Part shown: piece by piece, positions 6,779 to 10,845 of the stretch
How the letters are laid out: each line of letters begins with the position of its first letter
How positions within the stretch are numbered: the stretch's first letter is position 1
NCBI GenBank assembly: GCA_046484135.1
Contig: JAWOBU010000282.1
Coordinates: 1-10,845 of the forward strand
Origin: a bacterium
GTDB lineage: Bacteria > RBG-13-61-14 > DATKZS01
DNA length: 10,845 bases
Direction: 5' to 3'
Notes under the pieces: generated by a model
What the model was told of the DNA's origin: nothing
The model's input: only the letters and a program-made list of their open reading frames with translations
Databases searched by the model: none
Translations under genes and position numbers: made by a program

Positions 6779-7807
6779 ATGGACGGCAGGGACACGGTGT
6801 CGGTGGTGATCGTGAACTACAACCGGAAAGACATGCTTTCGGCGTGCATCCGTTCCGTGCTCGATCAGACCCGTGCGGCAGAACAAGTGATCGTGGTGGA
6901 CAACGGGTCGGAAGACGGTTCCGCGGCCCTGGTGCGAGAGGAGTTCGGCGGCCGGGTGCGGCTCATCGAGCTTGCTTACAACTCCGGTTTTGCCGGCGGC
7001 AACAACGCGGGCATACGCGCCGCTGACACGGAGTGGGCGGCCCTTATCAACAACGACGCGGTGGCCGACCCCTGCTGGCTGGCCGAGCTTATGAGGGCGG
7101 TGGAAGGCCGTGCTGAAGCGGGGCTCGCGGCCTGCACCATTGTCCGGGGAGACCGGCGGGACTGTTTGGAGAACCTGGGGGTAGGTCTGGCCCGCGACGG
7201 CATGAGCCGCGGAAGCCGCCATTTCGCCCGGGCAGCAGAGGTTTCGGACCAGAGCGTTCTGATCCCGAGCGGGTGTGCCGCCCTTGTACGGAGAAGCGCT
7301 TTCCATGAAGCGGGCGGGTTTGACGAGAGCTTTTTCTGCTACAGCGAGGACACCGACCTTTTTTTGAAGATAAGGCTTCAGGGCTGGAACACGGTGTTGG
7401 CAAGAAGAGCGTGCGCATATCACCATCCGGGCGGAGGGACCCTGGGAGTGATAAGCCCGCACAAGACTTACCTGGTGGAGCGCAACCGCTTGTTCATCCT
7501 GTTTCGGTTTTACCCGGCGGGGAGGATTATGGCGAGCCCTCTGCACACGTTCATGCGCTACCTTGCCCTGGCCGTCGAGATCATAAAAACGGGAGCGCGC
7601 GACAGAGAGGGGCGTCAGGCAGGAAGCGTGCTTAAGAACCTGTGGAGCCTGCTCAAGGCCTACGGCCACGCTTTTTATCGGCTTCCTTCCGAGCTGGAAA
7701 ACAGGCGCCGGGTGCGCGAGCAAACGCGGGTGTGTCCGGGCAGTATGAAGAGATGGCTTGCCGTCTACCGGCTCGATCCGCGAAGCCTTCGGAGCCTGGG
7801 ACCATGA
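6779..7807 (+). CDS. Family 2 glycosyltransferase (WbbL/rhamnosyltransferase-like GT-A)
   Basis: SVVIVNYN, VVDNGSEDGS, NSGFAGGNNAG, LINNDA, SGCAALVRR, GGFDESFFCYSEDTDL. Starts 1 nt after the upstream TGA. Confidence 0.92.
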   Translation: MDGRDTVSVVIVNYNRKDMLSACIRSVLDQTRAAEQVIVVDNGSEDGSAALVREEFGGRVRLIELAYNSGFAGGNNAGIRAADTEWAALINNDAVADPCWLAELMRAVEGRAEAGLAACTIVRGDRRDCLENLGVGLARDGMSRGSRHFARAAEVSDQSVLIPSGCAALVRRSAFHEAGGFDESFFCYSEDTDLFLKIRLQGWNTVLARRACAYHHPGGGTLGVISPHKTYLVERNRLFILFRFYPAGRIMASPLHTFMRYLALAVEIIKTGARDREGRQAGSVLKNLWSLLKAYGHAFYRLPSELENRRRVREQTRVCPGSMKRWLAVYRLDPRSLRSLGP

Positions 7808-9231
7808 GCGTGCTTCTTATAAACCCGCCTTCGCCCGGGTCTGCCGCGGCAAAGCTGTATGTGCCTCCCCTCGGCCTGGCGTACGTGGGTGCGGCCTTGA
7901 AGGAGCGCGGCATCAAGGCAAAGGTCCTGGACGCGGACGCCATGGAGATGACCCCCTCCGAGGTCGCTCTCGCGGTCTCAAAAGAGGCCCCCGCAGTGGT
8001 GGGAGTAACCGGACTTACGCCTACCATAAACGACTGCTACCGGCTTTTGGAGGCGGTGCGGCCGGTCTCGCCTTTCCTGGCGCTGGGCGGGCCTCATGCG
8101 TCCGCGCTTGGTCCCAAGGTGATGTCCGAGGCGCCGGTGGGTCTGGACGCCGTGGTATGCGGGGAGGCGGAGGAGAGCTTTCCGCGGCTGGTGTCCGCGC
8201 TCCTCGATGGAAAAGAGCCGGAGCCGGGCATTCCCGGTGTACTGTATGGTGCCGGCGCTTGTGAAAACGCGGAGTGGCCGCGGGTGTCCGATCTTGACGC
8301 ACTACCTTTTCCGGACCGGGACTCGTTGCCGGAAGAGAGGTATCGCCATCCTTTCAGCGGAGGGCCTTTTACAACTATGATAACCTCGCGCGGCTGTCCC
8401 TATCGCTGTATCTTTTGCGACAAGCACGTCTCCGGAAGCAGGTGGAGGCCCCGCTCGCCTGAGAACGTGATCTCCGAGATGCGCCATGTTTTGAATCGCG
8501 GCGTGGGCAGGATTATAATCTACGACGATCTGTTTACTCTGGACCGCGAGCGCGTGATCGAGATATGCAAAGGCATTGTCAGTGAGGGGCTCGAGCTCAA
8601 GTGGAAGTGCGAGGGCAGGGTAAACCGGGTGGACCGTGAGTGTCTGTCCTGGATGAAGAAGGCGGGTTGCGAGATGATAGCCTACGGGGTGGAAAGTGCG
8701 AGTTCGAAGGGGCTCCGTTTTCTTCAAAAGGACATAAGTATTGACGAGGTCCGGGAGGCTTTCGCTCTCACGCGGGAGGCCGGCATTCAAACGCTCGGTT
8801 ACTTTATTCTCGGCATTCCGGGCGAGACCATGGAGGACGAGATGGAGACGGTCCGGCTGGCCATCGAGCTTGATGCGGACTATGCGCAGTTCGGGACGCT
8901 CTCTCCTTTTCCGGGCACTCCGCTTTACGATTATGCTTCTTCGCAGGGCTGGGTGCAGGAAAGCCGCTCGGTCGGACCTGCGGAGCGGGGAGAGTGCCGT
9001 CCGTTTATTTCAGACGGCTACTGGACCCCGGAGAGACTTGAACACATCATGAAGAAGGCGCACCAGCGCTTTTACTTCCGGCCGTCCTATGTTTTAAAAC
9101 GGTTAAAGAGGATCAGCTCTCTACGCGAGCTCCGGACCGGAGCGCTCCAGGCCGGGCGCCTGGCCGCCTGGCGGGTCCGGTCTTTAAAAGGAGGCAAAAG
9201 ATATAGGGGGACGCGGAAAAAACATGGCTGA
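7804..9231 (+). CDS. Cobalamin (B12)-binding radical SAM protein (class B methylase-like), 475 aa
   Basis: True start is MSVLLINPP (ATGA overlap at 7804-7807), not 7642. B12-domain motifs PPLGLAY, LGGPHAS, GEAE; CxxxCxxC in TSRGCPYRCIFC (8395-8418); DDLFT, YGVES, FILGIPGET, PFPGTPLY. Confidence 0.94.
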   Translation: MSVLLINPPSPGSAAAKLYVPPLGLAYVGAALKERGIKAKVLDADAMEMTPSEVALAVSKEAPAVVGVTGLTPTINDCYRLLEAVRPVSPFLALGGPHASALGPKVMSEAPVGLDAVVCGEAEESFPRLVSALLDGKEPEPGIPGVLYGAGACENAEWPRVSDLDALPFPDRDSLPEERYRHPFSGGPFTTMITSRGCPYRCIFCDKHVSGSRWRPRSPENVISEMRHVLNRGVGRIIIYDDLFTLDRERVIEICKGIVSEGLELKWKCEGRVNRVDRECLSWMKKAGCEMIAYGVESASSKGLRFLQKDISIDEVREAFALTREAGIQTLGYFILGIPGETMEDEMETVRLAIELDADYAQFGTLSPFPGTPLYDYASSQGWVQESRSVGPAERGECRPFISDGYWTPERLEHIMKKAHQRFYFRPSYVLKRLKRISSLRELRTGALQAGRLAAWRVRSLKGGKRYRGTRKKHG

Positions 9232-10372
9232 TCTCACGGTATGTTACTTCGGGACCTACAGCCGGGGCGAGGAGTACGCGCGCAACAACGCCATCATAGG
9301 CGGTCTTAAGAAAAACGGCGTCGAGGTCATTCCCTGCCAGACGGATGTGTGGCCGACCCACGAGGAAAAGATGGCCTCCCTGGACAAAGGCATGCTCTCG
9401 CAGGGATGGGCGTATTTCCGGGCCTACCTAAAGCTTGTAAGGAAGTACCTGTCCGTGCCCGACCATCAGTTTCTGTGCGTGGGCTATATCGGGCACGTGG
9501 ACATGTTTCCGGCGCGGCTTTTGGGATGGCTCCGCAGAAAGCCGGTGGTGTTCGACGCCTTTTTTTCTCTTTACGATACCGTGGTCCTGGACCGGGGGCT
9601 GTATCCCCCGGGCTCTTTGCGGGCGCGGGTCCTAAAAGAGGCGGACCGGTGGTCGTGCAGGCTTGCGGACCTGGTTCTACTGGACACGTGGGAGCACGTG
9701 GATTACTTCTGCCGGGAGTTCAACCTTCCCCGGTCGAAGTTCCTGGCGGTCCCGCTCGGCACGGACGAGGAGAACTTTTATCCTCGCGGAGAGCCGGCCG
9801 AGGACGGCGTACTTGACGTGATATCCTACAGCTCTTACATTCCTTTGCACGGCATTGACGTTCAGCTCGACGCCGCCGCCCTTTTAAAGGACGAGCCTGA
9901 CATCCGCTTTACCTTCGTGGGCAAAGGACAGTTGTACCTCGAGATGCGGGAGAGGGCGGACAAGGCGGGCCTTGACAATGTCAGGTTCATCGAGTGGATT
10001 CCTCATGGCGAGCTGGTGGAGCTTATAGCCGGCTCCGACGTTTGCCTGGGCATATTCGGCCGCACGGAAAAAGCCTCCCGCGTTATCCCCTACAAGGCTT
10101 ATGAGGCCCTGGCCATGCAAAAGCCTCTCATCACCGGAGATTCGCCCGCGGCGCGTGAGCTTCTGCAAGACGGCGAGCACGTTCTTCTAAGCCCGATGGG
10201 GGACCCTGATACTCTGTCGGAAAAGATCAAGCTGTTGCGCGAGGCAGAGCTCCGCCGGCGGATTGCACGGAAGGGACACCAGGTATTCAGTGAGCACGCC
10301 ACCAGCGAGGCCATAGCGGGTCGCATTTTGGACGAGCTTCAAACCAGGTGGCCGGACCGCGGCGGCAAGTAG
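9224..10372 (+). CDS. Family 4 glycosyltransferase (GT-B)
   Basis: VCYFGTY, YIPLHGID, FVGKGQ, SDVCLGIFG...RVIPYKAYEALAMQKPLITGDSPAAREL. 8-bp overlap with the radical SAM gene. Confidence 0.92.
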   Translation: MADLTVCYFGTYSRGEEYARNNAIIGGLKKNGVEVIPCQTDVWPTHEEKMASLDKGMLSQGWAYFRAYLKLVRKYLSVPDHQFLCVGYIGHVDMFPARLLGWLRRKPVVFDAFFSLYDTVVLDRGLYPPGSLRARVLKEADRWSCRLADLVLLDTWEHVDYFCREFNLPRSKFLAVPLGTDEENFYPRGEPAEDGVLDVISYSSYIPLHGIDVQLDAAALLKDEPDIRFTFVGKGQLYLEMRERADKAGLDNVRFIEWIPHGELVELIAGSDVCLGIFGRTEKASRVIPYKAYEALAMQKPLITGDSPAARELLQDGEHVLLSPMGDPDTLSEKIKLLREAELRRRIARKGHQVFSEHATSEAIAGRILDELQTRWPDRGGK

Positions 10373-10387
10373 CGGTCCCGGTCGGCC

Positions 10388-10416
10388 TTTATCAATCCCG
10401 CCGACGGCTTTATAAT
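10388..10416 (+). promoter_or_regulatory. Putative sigma70-type promoter upstream of the epimerase
   Basis: Perfect TATAAT at 10411-10416 in the 91-nt spacer; weak -35 (TTTATC at 17 nt or TTATCA at 16 nt); purine-rich SD AAGGAAGGA before ATG 10464. Confidence 0.55.
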
Positions 10417-10463
10417 ATACTTATAGCTTTGGTAAAGAACCACGCGGGGAAAGGAAGGAATCC

Positions 10464-10845
10464 ATGGAAAGAGTGCTGGTTACCGGCGGCGCGGGTTTTA
10501 TCGGGTCCCATATCACCGACCTTCTTCTGGAAGAAGGCTACGAGGTGCGGGTGCTGGACAGCCTGGAGCCGCAGGTCCACGGTGAAAGGGACGGCGCGCC
10601 CGATTACTTGAACCCGGAGGCCGAGTTCATAAAAGGGGACGTGCGGGACCGGGACGTGCTTGGTCGCGCGCTTTCGGACGTGGACATGGTTTGCCACCAG
10701 GCGGCCATGGTGGGGGTCGCCCAGTCCATGTACGAGATTGACAGATACGTTCACGGCAACGACTGCGTTACCGCGTCGCTGTTGCAGGGCATCGTGGACC
10801 GGATTTCCAAGTCGGGCCGCATAAAGAAGCTGGTTGTTGCGAGCT
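10464..10845 (+). CDS. NAD-dependent epimerase/dehydratase (extended SDR, nucleotide-sugar modifying), 3'-partial
   Basis: Not in the ORF track because it runs off the edge. Translates MERVLVTGGAGFIGSHITDLLLEEGYEVRVLDSLEPQVHG...GDVRD...HQAAMVGVAQSMYEIDRY...KKLVVAS, with the GxxGxxG Rossmann motif. Confidence 0.93.
   Translation, partial: MERVLVTGGAGFIGSHITDLLLEEGYEVRVLDSLEPQVHGERDGAPDYLNPEAEFIKGDVRDRDVLGRALSDVDMVCHQAAMVGVAQSMYEIDRYVHGNDCVTASLLQGIVDRISKSGRIKKLVVAS

Noticed and set aside
7642..7803. N-terminal extension of the radical SAM ORF
   Set aside because: It overlaps the GT2 3' end. The family-typical start (VLLINPP) follows ATG 7804.
9091..9100. Perfect palindrome GTTTTAAAAC
   Set aside because: A single 10-bp palindrome inside a CDS is expected by chance in 10 kb and has no supporting context.
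7359..9566. T7 homopolymers in GT genes (7359-7365, 9560-9566) as phase-variation tracts
   Set aside because: Too short, both frames are intact, and they encode ordinary Leu/Phe codons.
10348..10754. ORF-track entries 10348..10611 (+) and 10410..10754 (-)
   Set aside because: Off-frame and antisense shadows of the real epimerase gene starting at 10464.

Overview
GC-rich bacterial window with all real genes on the + strand, in two parts. (1) 1..3468 is the 3' part of a very large (>=1155 aa, 5'-truncated) acidic, Gly/Ser/Thr/Asp-rich protein with 20 Cys and tandem Ig-like modules, probably secreted or surface-located. The frame is open from base 1, so the ORF-track start at 346 is internal. 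An intrinsic terminator follows it. (2) 3643..10372 is a tightly packed cell-envelope glycan operon behind a sigma70-like promoter: ArnC/DPM1-like polyprenol-phosphate GT2, GT4, class I SAM methyltransferase, WbbL-like GT2, cobalamin-dependent radical SAM enzyme, GT4. A second promoter-like spacer then precedes an NAD-dependent epimerase/dehydratase (10464..>10845) that is missing from the ORF track. No RNA genes, mobile elements or CRISPR arrays were seen. The most notable points are two different methylation chemistries inside a glycosyltransferase operon, its position next to a giant disulfide-rich surface protein with mosaic codon usage, and a CsrA-like triple-GGA leader. All family calls come from motif recognition by eye; no searches were run.
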